Positions 29,333 to 46,059 of a stretch of DNA of 64,000 bases are shown here, one piece after another. The notes under the pieces are model-generated. The model saw nothing but the letters and a program-made list of their open reading frames with translations, did not search any database and was not told where the DNA came from. The DNA lies in NCBI RefSeq assembly GCF_009914755.1, contig NC_060939.1. The stretch is one strand, 5' to 3'. The DNA is from the human T2T-CHM13v2.0 reference genome, Homo sapiens. Position 1 is the first letter of the stretch. Each line of letters starts with the position of its first letter. The position numbers and the translations under genes were made by a program.

Positions 29333-31146
29333 ACCTTATAAAAATAAGCATTTATTTCATTTTAAACAGTAAATGCAAAGTTTTCTTTTCTGGAAGATGT
29401 AGGGCAGTGAGCTAGAAGTAATACCTTACAATAGAATAGTTCTATAAAAATAGCTACTACCAAGTGGCTTCAGAACATTTTATTCTCCTAAAGAGATTAA
29501 ATATCCCCTACAAAAAATAAAAAAGTCCTTACATCCACCCCTAAACTCATTGCTTACACAGAGTTTCCTTGGAAGTGTCAAGATAAAATATACTTCTACC
29601 TAACTTTGAGATTCTTCAACATCCATGTGGGAGTGGCAGGACTCTGTGTGGCCTGAGGGTGGCCTTAAGTGTGTGTCAGAGAGGAAGGGCCAGGCCCTGG
29701 GGAGTAACCTGGGGTCAAATGGCACAGCCAACTTCTAATGAGGCCACCTTAGCCAAGTTACTGTTTTTGAGCCTACGTGTTCTCACCCATGAAATGGGTT
29801 TAGTCACCCAGATTTGTTGAAATGATTAAAAGAGAAAATACCTGCAAGGCAACAGCACCATGCTAACACAGAGCTGGCTCGTCAGTTCCAGCTCCGGTCT
29901 GTCCTCTCTCACCCTCCGATTGCGAGGCCTCTTGCTGTCGTTTCGCCACCAGCAGCGGTGTGTTCCCTGGGGATGCTGCCTTCAGTTGCAAGTTTCTTTG
30001 CACTGTTTGGTATGTCCCTTTCCCAGGCACCTGAGCAAGGGCCACTGGTTATGATATAGGCACTGAGGAAGAAACTTGAATCAAGGGCAGAGCTCTGAGT
30101 TTGAGCTTTGAGTCCCCAGGTGTGACCCATGGCCAGTCTCTGTCTGATCTGTGCCCCTCTTTCTCATGTCCAAAATGAGAAGACTGAACCAGTTGTCTCC
30201 AATGTCTTTCCTAGGCTTTAAGATGAGGTATGTACCTCTCACTTGGAGGAGGGGCTGGCAAAACCACTTGAATTTTAATTTGAATTGAGGCATCTTGGCA
30301 GAGGTTGTAAAATGTCCACATGGTTCAAGGAAAATGATGCCTTGCCTGTACCTGGTGCCCCTTTCAGAGGTTAAAGACCTTTCCATTATTTTGTGGCACT
30401 AAAGATCCTGAGCTGCTGCCTGCCTTTCTCCAGCTCTGTAAAAGCATCTTAATTAAGGCCAATTTCAGAAGGCACCAAATGGTCATCAGTTTTGTTTCCA
30501 CAGCTATTTCACATGGATCAAGACCAGCTTACCTGCTCTTGCAATTTGGTCTCCATCTCATTTGTCCAACAATTTGGAGTTTGTAGGTTTTCTTAGAGGA
30601 AGAATGCTCTGGTCATTTGTGTATGGGTGTGGAGTGGCAGGTTTTGGAGGGGGAATCATTTCAGGCAATGAAGTGGAACCTGCTCCATGTCAACAAGGCA
30701 ACCATGGAGGGGAGCTCGGTGACCAGCACACAGTGAGTTACAGCCATCCCAAAGCTGGCAGTGCTGTGGTGCACTTGCAAAGGGCTTTGTTTGGGGAGCT
30801 GCCAGAGGAGCTTCCCAGAAGATAAGGAGGATGCTTTCTCCTCCATGGAAGCCCTCACCACCAGCAGCAGTAGCAGCTAAAAGGACAGAGAGGGAGAGAC
30901 AGGCCTGCAATCCCAGAAAGAAAAATGTCCATGAATAAGGTTGCACATTGGGAGCTGGATTCAGCAGAGGCTGGGATTCCTGTGATGACTGGAGTGTCTG
31001 GTTTATGTCAATGGAAGGGATGACTCAAAAGTAATGAGAGAGGCACTGGACTGGAGCTCAGAAGACCCGAATGAGTTTTGTCTCTTGTGTGACCTTGGAT
31101 AAGTCACTTCCTTACTGTTTCTCCATTTGTACAAGCAGACAGTTGT

Positions 31147-31431
31147 ACTAGATCAAGAAATGCCAAATAGGTTTCATCTCATGGGCTTGGATCAAGTGGC
31201 TTCTTGGAAAGCTATGTAGGAAAGGATTCTGAGGTAGATGAGGTTTGTAGGGGAAATATGCTATCGATTAGCAATGTCTGCCATGGGCACAGGTTTGGGG
31301 ACTAGTGGCAAATGTTCCAAGAATTTGCTATCTTTAGACAAGATGATCTCTACAGTTACTTTCAGTTCTAAAATATATTTCATGACCCTGTGAGATAAAC
31401 AGACCTGAGCAAAACCTTGTTAAACCAACAG
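31147..31431. repeat. Donor copy of local duplication (hAT-like relic inside MIR3-like element)
   Basis: Near-identical to 35036-35325. Confidence 0.9.
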
Positions 31432-32114
31432 CTGACAACAAATTGGGGTCACAATAAGTCAATTATCACATTTATGATCAATTAATTTTATTAAAAAATT
31501 AGAAATGTTGAGTGTCCAACTTGCAACCAAATTGTCACTTAGATTATTTAATAACTTAGTATTTTGTTGAATTTTTAAAAAATGTAACTTTCTGTAAGGA
31601 ACAAGCTTCCCTTTGTTTGTTTCTGCTGGGTGCCAGAAGTGTGACTAAAATTCCCAGATGGGGATCTTCCTGGTTCAGCCTTCTCTCTTCTATCTGCAGT
31701 AATTTAAAGAAGGGTTCTTTAAGTCAGGACTTTATGAAAGTGACAAAACGAAGTTGTTAGGGGAGATGTTGACATCCTGTCAATTTTAAAACAGTTTATA
31801 ATTTCCTACAGAGGATTTTGAGGTTGAATGTTTTTCCCTTCAGGTGTAGATAATTGGATTGATCTAATCCCAGGTTCATAACACATTCTCATCACTGGTA
31901 AAATGCAGGAGTATTTTAATATGTTTATTTGTTTTTAAAAATGTAATAAGCACTATTTTTAAAGGGAACACACTATGCAAAATTAAAGTTAGGACATTGA
32001 CAACTTACAGCCGGCAACACAGCACTTCTCCATGTTCCCGACTCCCTATCACTTCCCCCTCCACAGGGAACCATTTCCTGAATCTCGTGTTCCTAGTTCC
32101 CTTAAGAGTTACTT

Positions 32115-32680
32115 TTTTCTTTTCAAAATTGTGGTAAAATACACAAGACATGAAATTTCAGTGTGCAGTTCAGTACTAAGTATATTCACACTACTGTGAC
32201 TAGTCTCCAAGAACTCTTTTCATCTTATGAAACTGAAACTCTACACCCATTTATAACTCCGTTTTCCTCTCCTTCCAAGATGCTGGCAACCGCCATTTTA
32301 CTTTCTATTTCTGAGTCTGACTACTCTAAATACCTCCTACAAGTGGAATCATATAGTATTTCTCTTTTTGTGCCTGGCTTATTTCACTTAGCATAATGTC
32401 TTCAATCCATGCTGTAGCATGTGTCAGAATCTCCTTCTTTTTAAATATCATTAAATAGTATTAAATTATTAAATATTATTAAATTAATACTATTAAATAT
32501 ATTATTTAATATATATTGAATATAATTTAATATTCCATTGTATGTGTATACCACATTTTATTTATCCATTCATCTATCTATGGACACTTGGGTTGCTTTT
32601 GCAACCCAATAGCCAAAAGGTTGCAATAGACTTTTGGTGATTGTGAATAATGCTGCTATTAAATGTGTGTACGGATGTCT
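32115..32680 (-). mobile_element. L1MB 3' end
   Basis: ggcttatttcacttagcataatgtcttc...tttatccattcatct...ggacacttgggttgc. Confidence 0.85.
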
Positions 32681-32738
32681 CTCTTCCCCTAGAGTTCTTT
32701 TTCATACAGTTTTTTATTTTATCCTTATATAATCCTAA

Positions 32739-33248
<510 letters not shown>

Positions 33249-33529
33249 TAGAGATCCTGAGATCTTTTAAGAACTGCTGCTGGGAATGTACACTGATCTG
33301 ACCACTTTGGAAAACAGTTCGGCTCCATCTCATAAGGTTGAATATTCACACTCCTCCCAGCCCAGGAATTCTACTCTACATCCAAGAGAAATTCTTGCCT
33401 ATATAAAACAGGGGGCATGTACAAGGAATGTTCCTAATAGTTCTGTTCAAAATAGCAAAAACCTATTGCCCATCAATAGTGGGTGACTAAATTGTGCTTT
33501 TTATTCCTTTCGATTTCCTGTAGTCTTAT

Positions 33530-34710
<1,181 letters not shown>

Positions 34711-35035
34711 AATGCCTTCTTTTATAGATGAAAAAACTCTGGCTCTAAGAGGTAAAGAGAGTTGCTCTAGGAAATTAACTAATAAAACAATTTATCTTTC
34801 CCTTTAAAAGTAAGTCTTAAGCTTTGGAGTATAAAATTGCAATCAATTGGTACAGCCCAAAACAAGACTAATGGGAACAAGGGGCTCCAGTGAGACGATG
34901 CCCTGGGTCCCTGGAGGTACAGGTCCGAACCTGTAGGAAATAGCCATCATATAGGTTAGTCTTTTCAAATGCTTCTGTCACTGGGCCGAGTCCAAAGGAT
35001 ACCCTCTCCTGAAATATTATAAAGTTTACTGGGGC

Positions 35036-35325
35036 ACTAGATCAAGAAATGCCAAATAGGTTTCATCTCATGTGCTTGGATCAAGTGGCTGCTTGGAAAG
35101 CTATGTTAGAAAGGATTCTGAGATAGATGAGGCTTGTAGGGGAAATATGCTGCTATCGATTAGCAATGTCTGCCATGGGCATAGGTTTGGGGACTAGTGG
35201 CAAATGTTCCAAGAATTTGCTGTCTCTGGACAAGATTTTGAACCTGTTGTTTAACAAGGTTTTGCTCAGGTTTGTTTATCTCACAGGGTCACAAAATATA
35301 TTTTAGAACTGAAAGTAACTGTAGA
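35036..35325. repeat. Derived copy of 31147-31431: direct part 35036-35236 plus inverted part 35244-35325
   Basis: Direct visual alignment. Confidence 0.9.
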
Positions 35326-35399
35326 AAGCATTTACCATGCACCTGATCATGTACTAGTGTACTAATTGCATGCATTATTTCATTTATTTATTTATTAAT

Positions 35400-35642
35400 A
35401 TTTGAGTTAGGGTCTCTCTCTGCTGCTCAGGCTGAAGTGCAGTGGCATGATTATGGCTCACTGCAGCCTTGACTGCCTGGGCTCAAGTGGTCTCACCTCA
35501 GGCTCCTGAGTAGCTGGAACTACAGGCATAAGCCACCAAGCCCAGCTAATTTTTTAAGAAACATTTTTGTAGAGATGAGGTCTGGCTATGTTGCCCAGGC
35601 TAGTCTTGAACTCCTGGCTTCAAGTGATCTTCCTGCCTCACC
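35400..35642 (-). mobile_element. AluJ (truncated)
   Basis: Alu arms. Confidence 0.85.
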
Positions 35643-37099
35643 CTTGTTAGTTCATTTAATCCTCACCATCACCCTATAAGAGTGCCTGGGGGTAGGTGCT
35701 CCACACAGTAGCAATGTAGCAACCTCCACTCATAGGTGACAATGAGACTCAGTGTAGTCAAGCAGCTTCTCAAAGGCCACACAGCTGGAGGGTGGCTGAG
35801 CCAGGATGAAGACCTAGGACTCTAAAGCTGGTGCTCCAGTAAATAAGAAGAGTCTCTGAGGGTTCAGGAGAGCTTCCTCCCAATAAATCTTTCTCCAAAG
35901 GTTCTAAAAACAATGACAGATCCATCTTTCATAAAGAAAACAAAACTAGCAGCCACTTCATTTTAGAGGGGGTGGGGTGGGGTAAAAGTTAGCTAAGCTC
36001 CAGGACATCCCATTTTAATCCTACATATTTGTAAGGCAACATGTGGCACAGCACCCCAAACCTAAAGAACCCTGCACAGCTGTCTCTGTGGGGCATGGCA
36101 TGTCCATGGATGTAAAGATTTTCCAATGTGTGCATATGGGCCAGTGGCATCACCCTCAGTCACAGGTTAAAGGGCAGCTAGGCCTGGCCTGCTAGGCACC
36201 ATTGTGAGAATCTGCTGAGCTTTCCAACTAGTTTATCTGTTGTTTGCAGTCAAAGATGCCCTGAAGAGAAGGGGGTGTGGGTGGGAAGAATTCTGATTTG
36301 AGGTCCTCTGATCTGGGTATGATCTCCTTCTCGTCTCAGGAATCAGGGGACTCCATCTCTAAACACAGGCTCAAGCCATGTCCCCCAGCTCCCTCTTTCA
36401 ACCAGGTGCCACCCCCTGCTTCTCTTCCATAGACAGCCTCGAGCTGCCGGCAGTCCCTTAGGATCTGTGGCCTTAGGCCTAGCTTAATTTTTTCCTCTCC
36501 AAAGAGCCATCTGTAGGGCCAGAGACTGGCAAAGCCTAACTTATTACTGGACGCCACTTCCTTTGCCTGACTTTCAGTGATTCCTACCTTACTCTGGGGT
36601 TTTATGTTTCTCGTCTCAACACTGTCATTTCTCATTCCTCCACAAGTTGAATTGCTCACTCCAGCCAACTGAAGCATGCTCTTCTTGACACAGATAGCTC
36701 TAGGCATATGGTTGGTGAAAAAAAAAAAAAAAAGCAGTATGTCAATTTAATTGATCAACAAAAGTGATGGCTCCACTGCAAAGTAAAGTTGATACTGCCT
36801 CGGCCTCTGAGTTCAAGAGCCTTCTAGACAAAGGGCTCTGAGCTGAAACATGAGCATGCACACACATGCATCTCTGTTGGTCTGATGAGGTAATTTGGAT
36901 ACTTGGTTGTTATCCTTGAGCATTTTCCTGCCTCATTAATGCACATGTAGCCAGCACAATAGTAATCGTAGCTAATAATGGCTAAAGCTGAGGACTTTCC
37001 TGAGCCAGGCAGTGTGCTTTAAAGTTTTCACATAGACTATCATTGAATAATTTCTATTTTTCAGATCAAGAAACTGAGGCTTACTATCACCTTTGGGAT

Positions 37100-37200
37100 T
37101 AAGAAAAAAAAAGGGAAGGAAGGAAGGAAAAAAGAAAGAAAGAAAAAGAAAAAGAAAGAAAGAAAGAGAAAGAAAGAAAAAAACAAAAAACAAAAAAACC
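37100..37200. repeat. A-rich (GGAA)/(GAAA)n repeat
   Basis: Purine run inside MIR-like sequence. Confidence 0.85.
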
Positions 37201-37607
37201 TGAGGCCTAAAGCTGTCAAGTATTTCACAGCCAGCAAGTGGCTAAGTCAGAACTTGAACCCAGGCAGTCTAGCCGTGGGATCCTGTGCCCTTACCCATTA
37301 TCCAGTGTTTGGTACACAGAACTAATGGGTACATATTTTCAACTATAGTTTAATGGGTGACATGTTTTTCACTTTATTTTAAGTGGGTGAATTTCAATTT
37401 GGGGGTATTCCACTTACACAATCTATTGAGCTGGATATTAATTGAGAACAAATAGAAACTAATGAACTCTGAAAAACATAAAACATGAGCAACATGACTT
37501 CACTGCGAAAGACAAATCAGCACATAGCCTTCTTGTGAATGTATTTTGCTGACAGTCCACGAGCTAATAATCAGCCTGAACTCAGCAGTGTTCTGTTCCC
37601 TTAGGAG

Positions 37608-37616
37608 ACACACACG

Positions 37617-37679
<63 letters not shown>
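37608..37679. repeat. (CA)n microsatellite, ~29 perfect units
   Basis: Perfect CA run 37621-37678. Confidence 0.95.
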
Positions 37680-37680
<1 letters not shown>

Positions 37681-38264
37681 AAGTTGGTGGCTGTGCCACC
37701 TACAATAACTCAGCAACTATCCTGGATTAATAGATGACAAGGCACTTCATAAGCAACATGGATCAATTGGAAAAGCAAACGTCTGGATTCAGAGACCAAG
37801 AATGAAATAATGTAGTTAACAATTGCCAAAATGTCCAGAAGCAGAGAAAATGCAAAGACAGCAAACTTGTATCAGGTGGTACAAAAAGACAAAAGGGGAG
37901 CCACTGGGAGAAGTAAGCTTGCTTCAGGCAGGTGTCCTATCGGGTTAGTGACCTGAGCAGGGCCAGAGAGTCAGGCTGGGACTGGGGTCTAGGTCTCCTG
38001 CCTCTTGCCTCCTTGCCAGTATAGCATAAGCCAAGATGCAAAATGGAAATGAGGAAAATACATTCAGCACAGATGACAGGTTTGGGCGTCTTAGGACAAA
38101 TAAGGCATTGAGGAATAGCTGATTTGGAAGAGGGTAGTTGCCATGGTTTTCATGCCCACTGGACTCTCCATAGAGGAAACAGTGAGGAAGCCGATGTAGG
38201 CTTTATCTCCCACCCCTGTGCTCAGTCTCCTTACGCTGGCTTGCTCTTCCACCCCAGAATGGGG

Positions 38265-38510
38265 TTAAGAGCACAGATGCTGGAGCTGGACTGCCTAGAT
38301 TCAAATCCTGGCTCTTTTTACTGCTGGTGGTGTGAACTGGGGCTATTCCCCAACCTCTCTGTGACTCAGTTTCTCCATCTGTAAAGTGGGAATGATAACA
38401 GTATCTATTTGGGGGCATCACTGGAAATATTAAATGAATTAACACATATTAAGAGCTTAGGACAGTGTATGGCAGCACACTGAATAAGCCCTCTCTAAGA
38501 CTTAGCTATC
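38265..38510 (+). mobile_element. MIR
   Basis: gattcaaatcctggctc...ctcagtttctccatctgtaaagtgggaatgataa. Confidence 0.8.
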
Positions 38511-39959
38511 ACTACAATCATCTCTGTTCCTTCCTGAATCTAAACTTTGTTGCTTCTTGCTGTTTTTCCTCTGGCTTTTTGAATCAAAACTTTTTTACTC
38601 AAAACCTTCTCAATCATTCCTTCGGTAGCTTGAGATTTCTACCTGATTTATTTCAGGATAAAGTCAAGCTCTTGGCCTGAGGATAAGATGTCTCATGATC
38701 TGAGCAAGCCCAGCTGTCCTGCCTTACCTGCTTGCATTCTCTGTTCACGTCATTTGGCTTCCGTGCCTGCATGGGCTGTCACCTTTACCCCCACTCTCCG
38801 CTGGCCTGTCTCCTGGCCTATTGTTCTTCCCACATTCCTCAGTTCAGACGTCACATTCCCGAGGAAGCCATTTTATCCCCTTCCACCCCTGACCCTGAAC
38901 ACCCAGGCTGCATTAGATGTGCCCTGGGTTAGATACGTATTCCCATAGCACCCCAGTTTTCCTTCTATCCTGGCACTGATTACACTGCCTCTAATTGTCT
39001 ATCTGCCTATGACTCTATAAAATAACCTGCACCTTGGGACACGAACTGTGGCTTTTATTTTGATCCCTATGCCCTCCCAGATATCCCTTCTCCTGTCCTC
39101 CATCCTGCCCTCTGTCCTGGAGGTTGACCTGTAAGGACTGCATCTATAGGGTTCCTAGGCCCTCTGGCTTCTGATTGGTTTGGGCCAGTGGGAGAAAGCC
39201 CCAGTGGGAGACTGGAGGAGGGGAGGGCAGTCAGGGCATTTGTTCCTGAGGCTCCCTCCCTAGGGGATGGCTGTAGACTAGCAGCATCCCTCACTGAAGT
39301 TCACAGGAGCATGCCTTAGACTATCTGGGGTTAAGAGCTGGTTTGTTTTATATTACTTACAATGAAGTGCACCATAGTGCTTTTACGAAATGCAGTGAAA
39401 CATGAATTATTAAAATATTATTAGAAAAATTAAAAAGCAATAACTTGCAAGATATAAAACTAGATTTCTATTCCTACATTTAAAGTCATAAAGTTGTATT
39501 AAAAAATAGATAATCAGGAAAAATCTAACATAGGGGAAAAAAGAATTACAAAAAAACTACATATGTTGCTCATTGAAAGTCTGCATATAGGTGATTAACA
39601 TAGAGAATTGCTGCTACGTGGCTAAGTTCTTATAGGTTAATAATCATATCTAAATAAAAAATGATGATAATATAGTAATTGCCCACATTAAAGGCCTACA
39701 ATACTCTCAAAGAGCAATACATATATCAATACATTAAGTTTTCGATGTGACAAAGAAATTGCTTTTTAATTTATCTGATCTAGGTTGGATTGACAACATT
39801 GATACCCACATAGTAAGAAGTATATACAAATGATTTCAACATTGAAAAAAATTACACTTATAGTAGAAAAGTCAGTTTTAAAAAGTATGTTTTTAAAACT
39901 GGCATAGAAGAGATTTGAAGCAATTTCAGCAGGCTCAGGCTATTCATTTTTTATCTCTA

Positions 39960-40287
<328 letters not shown>

Positions 40288-40984
40288 TCAAAATTTATCT
40301 CCAATCCTTTATTAGAAGCCAGCATGATTAACTTATTCTATCAAGTGATACTTCTGGATCCATTCATTTCCTATGTGTGAATCTCCTTTTGATGAAAAAT
40401 AAATTGAAAATGTTCTATCAGATTTGTAAGATGTTTGTTGTTAACTTTTAACATATGTGCAATATCAGAATTACCACCAACTTCGCTAACTGTTAAGAAA
40501 TGAAATGCACTATCCCAATTTGTAAAAATTCTGTTCTTCTAAGCTTGTATTTCTTCCTTGCATGAAAGTATTAACATCATTAAAATACTCAAGATGTCAA
40601 ACAAGAAAACAGATCTGGCTGTCTAATTTACAGCCTGAAAAAGTTGGGGCTACACTGGTCTTCTGTCTTGCAGAAGCACAGCTTCACTCTATCCTTCAAA
40701 TCTTCTTGACAGAACTTTTCCCTTAAGTAACCATCATATGTCAGCATATAATTACAATTGTTTATGATCAGCATTCCATATTATTACAGAGTAAAGAAAA
40801 CAATCTCAAACTGAACACATTAGCAAGCCTTTATAGAATTAACACTTTTTACTGTGTCACCTAGCACACTGAAAGCTTAGCTGACCTTCATTCATTCATT
40901 CATTTGTTGTTATGGGAGGTGGGACAGGGAACCTGACTTCTCAAGAAGGAAAGCAGTGTATTTACTTGCATTCTGGTGCAAGCT

Positions 40985-41260
40985 TTTTTTTTTCTTTTTT
41001 TGTGAGACAGGGTCTCACTGTGTCGTCCACTGCAGCCTCGACCTCCTGGGCTCAGGTGGTCCTCTCACCTCAGCCTCCCTAGTAGCTTGGACCACAGGTA
41101 CACGCCACCATGCCTGGCTGATTTTTGTATTTTGTAGCAACAGGGTCTTGCCATGTTGCCCAGGCTGGTCTTCAAACTCCTGGGCTCAAGCGATTTGCCC
41201 ACCTCAGCCTCCCAGCCTCCAAAGTGTTGGGATTACAGGCATGAGCTACTGCGCCCAGCC
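40985..41260 (-). mobile_element. AluJ
   Basis: TSD CTGGTGCAAGCTT at 40973-40985 and 41261-41273. Confidence 0.9.
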
Positions 41261-42939
41261 CTGGTGCAAGCTTCTCAATCTGAGTAAGTATCCCAGAATG
41301 TTTCCCTGTCATTTAAGCTGCTTTACCTGGACACATTCCTACACAAAGCCTAAACTCCAAACTACATTTTCTGACGCTAATCACACACTTTGATGTTACG
41401 GCAATGTTGAATTGTTATGAAAATTTCTAAACATCTCCTTTCAATTGCCGTACATATCTTATCATAGACTGTCAACAGTGTGCAGAGACCTGCAAGACCT
41501 GCACAGGTGTGCAAATTGCACTCTGAGCAACATTGCTCTCCGTCATTCTCTTATTCCAACTGATTTCAGTAATCACTCCCTCCCCTCGAGTCTTCAAGCC
41601 TAGGGATGATAAGAGCTTGGTTGCTACCAGCTCTCACTACACTATTCCCCCAACAGCTTCGCCTTTATAAATTGTTATTTTGTTCATAAATCTCCTCCTT
41701 GAATTATCCTAATCTGCCTTCTGAATTTCTCTTGGGAAATGTTTTCTGATATAGCCTCCTAACATAGTACCCTGTCCGGCACAGACAAGACGAACAATCC
41801 GTGTTTACTGAATAAATGACCTGACATTATTTTGGAGAAATAAGATAACATTTTTCAGGAGGTGAAAATAAGGAGAGGACCCAAGGCATGATATGAACCC
41901 GTGCTTCTTCCTTACATGGTCATTATCCCTTCCAGATTTGGAGGCCTAGGCCAGAGCAACCAATAGCTCACATAACACCTTTGTGCAAATTAGAAAAAGG
42001 CCTGGCCTGTGGAAGGACACAGTCCCCAAAACACATGGCTTGAAAAAATACAGTGTGGGCTGGCTCTCAGCTCCCCAGACCAGGTACTCTCTGCTTGAAT
42101 AATGCACACAATCTTACGCAGCTAGTCTGCCCTAGGCTGAGCAAACTGGCAAGTCATTCCACCTTAGAAAAGTGACCAATTAAGTATAATTCTCTGAAGA
42201 AGCTCATTACAGCTCAGATTTTGTGGGAATGTGATATTTTTGTCTGCAGGGTGATCTTTTTGACACTTTTCCTCCTTACCTTCCTGAATGTGAGAAGAGA
42301 GTCCTTGCTGGCATCATTCGAATAGGTAGTATTGTTATCCAATGGGGCCACAGGATTTCTGGGGGCAAATGCTTTTTGCAGTTCTTCTAAATATAATTGT
42401 GCTGTCTTGAAGAAGACCTTTAAGACCCCGAACTGCATGGTCTGTGACTAAGAGTAGCCCAGGGGAGCGTGCTGGGGGTGGCAGGTATTAGGACCTAGCT
42501 CTTTCTGGCTGGAGCTGGCACCACTTGCATAGGAGGTACACTGATCCCTGGGGTGAGTTGGGGAGTGGGGATGGGAGAGTTCAAGGGAGCAGGGTGAGGA
42601 AACTAAACGACTTGTCAGTGCCTTGTGATTCAGACCTTCCTGTTGTAGAGAAGTGATTTTGTTTGACATGGATTCCCAGAATGCCTGACACACCCACATG
42701 CAAGCGAGCCCCAACCCATCCCAGGGCCCATGGTGAGTGAGTGAACTGAGGATTCATGACAGCTTCTGCCCTCAGCACCATTCCCTGCTCCTATCTGAAC
42801 AGGCTTTTCCCCAATAGAAGCATCACAAGAGCATATGAGGATGGGAAACATTCCAGAGACTTGCATTAAATTGACCCTATAATTCTCAAGCCTGAGAGGG
42901 GAAGCTATCTGTCTTTTCTGGAAGCTTGACACACCTTAA

Positions 42940-43280
<341 letters not shown>

Positions 43281-43689
43281 TAATCTCCCAAACACATCGG
43301 TCAACTGTAAGTTTGATAGTAATGACAGGGATATCTACTTCGTAATCAAACCAAAAGTGGTGAGATGGGGAGGATGTGGGAAAGGCGAATCAGAGAGCCT
43401 GGGGAAAGGTATTGCTCTCCCTTCCAGAACTGGAGTCAACATACAAACACCTTTTCATGCGGTCACTGGGTCATCACTAAAAGTAACACTCATTGCATTT
43501 TGGAAACTGAAGAAATCTCAGAGACCATTATTCCTTTGTTTTAAAGACTAGGACCCTGAAGCGTAATGAAATGTATTACGGCTGAAGATTACCCAGGAAA
43601 TGAAACCAGGGTTAGAACCCAGGTCTGTGGCTGCTACTCCAATGTGACTTCTACCATGCTATGCTGCCTCTCAAAGTAATTATCTTTTC

Positions 43690-45060
<1,371 letters not shown>

Positions 45061-45063
45061 TCA

Positions 45064-45370
<307 letters not shown>

Positions 45371-46059
45371 ATTTAGGGGTCAGGTCACCGAGATGGTGAC
45401 CAAAGCCATGGGAATGGAGAAATCCATTTAGGGAGAGAGGCTAGGCCCACAAGAAAAGAGATAAATCAAGAAAATAAGCATATTTATTTCAGTGAGCAAA
45501 ATAATGTACACCTAAAAGCATATGACGTCTCTACTTTTCAGATCTGTGTTGGTTACTATGCTATTGCTTCTCAGTTTTTAACCCACCCTTCTATTCTTGG
45601 CTTGGGTTGGCATTTCTTCTTTGCTTACAGGGAAGTAAGGGGTGCTTGAAGGAGACTGAAAGGCTGGAGAAAGGAGAAGGATTTATTCTTTTACCGTTTT
45701 TGCCCCTGTTCCCGTCAGCATCACCCTAGCAGCGAGGCTTCATTTTGTTGGTGGCAGTCGATTCCAGGAGCTCGAGCAACTCCCTTTGCAGTATTTGCAC
45801 AAATGTTATATGCCTCCTCGGCAGAAACAGCCTTGCTGCCCCCACATACCTATATCTTCACCACCAGGCCTTCCTAAAGATCATTTTCCCTGAGCCTGGT
45901 ATCCTTTTCCAGGAATATAGAGAAAACCTGGCCAAATGCCTGCATCCTACCTACAAGGGAGTATGGAGATGTGAGTTCTGACTTCTGCATTGAGGAGGTG
46001 GGATTCCTCATTTGGGAACTGAGGACTGCATAAAACTCTTGGCACAAACACTCCATTCA

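Noticed and set aside
36336-36707. 123-aa ORF MPRAICVKKS...
   Set aside because: Runs across the inferred acceptor and donor; no recognisable homology; the phase-compatible reading is another frame (not excluded)
37500-37737. ORFs with VCVC/HTHT runs (also 21765-22073, 13032-13486)
   Set aside because: Translations of microsatellites
42380-42420. QLYLE motif resembling the GREB1 N-terminus (IFSQLYLEAEQ)
   Set aside because: Not collinear with the weak GREB1-like match at 48764-48880, so at least one is chance; not used as evidence
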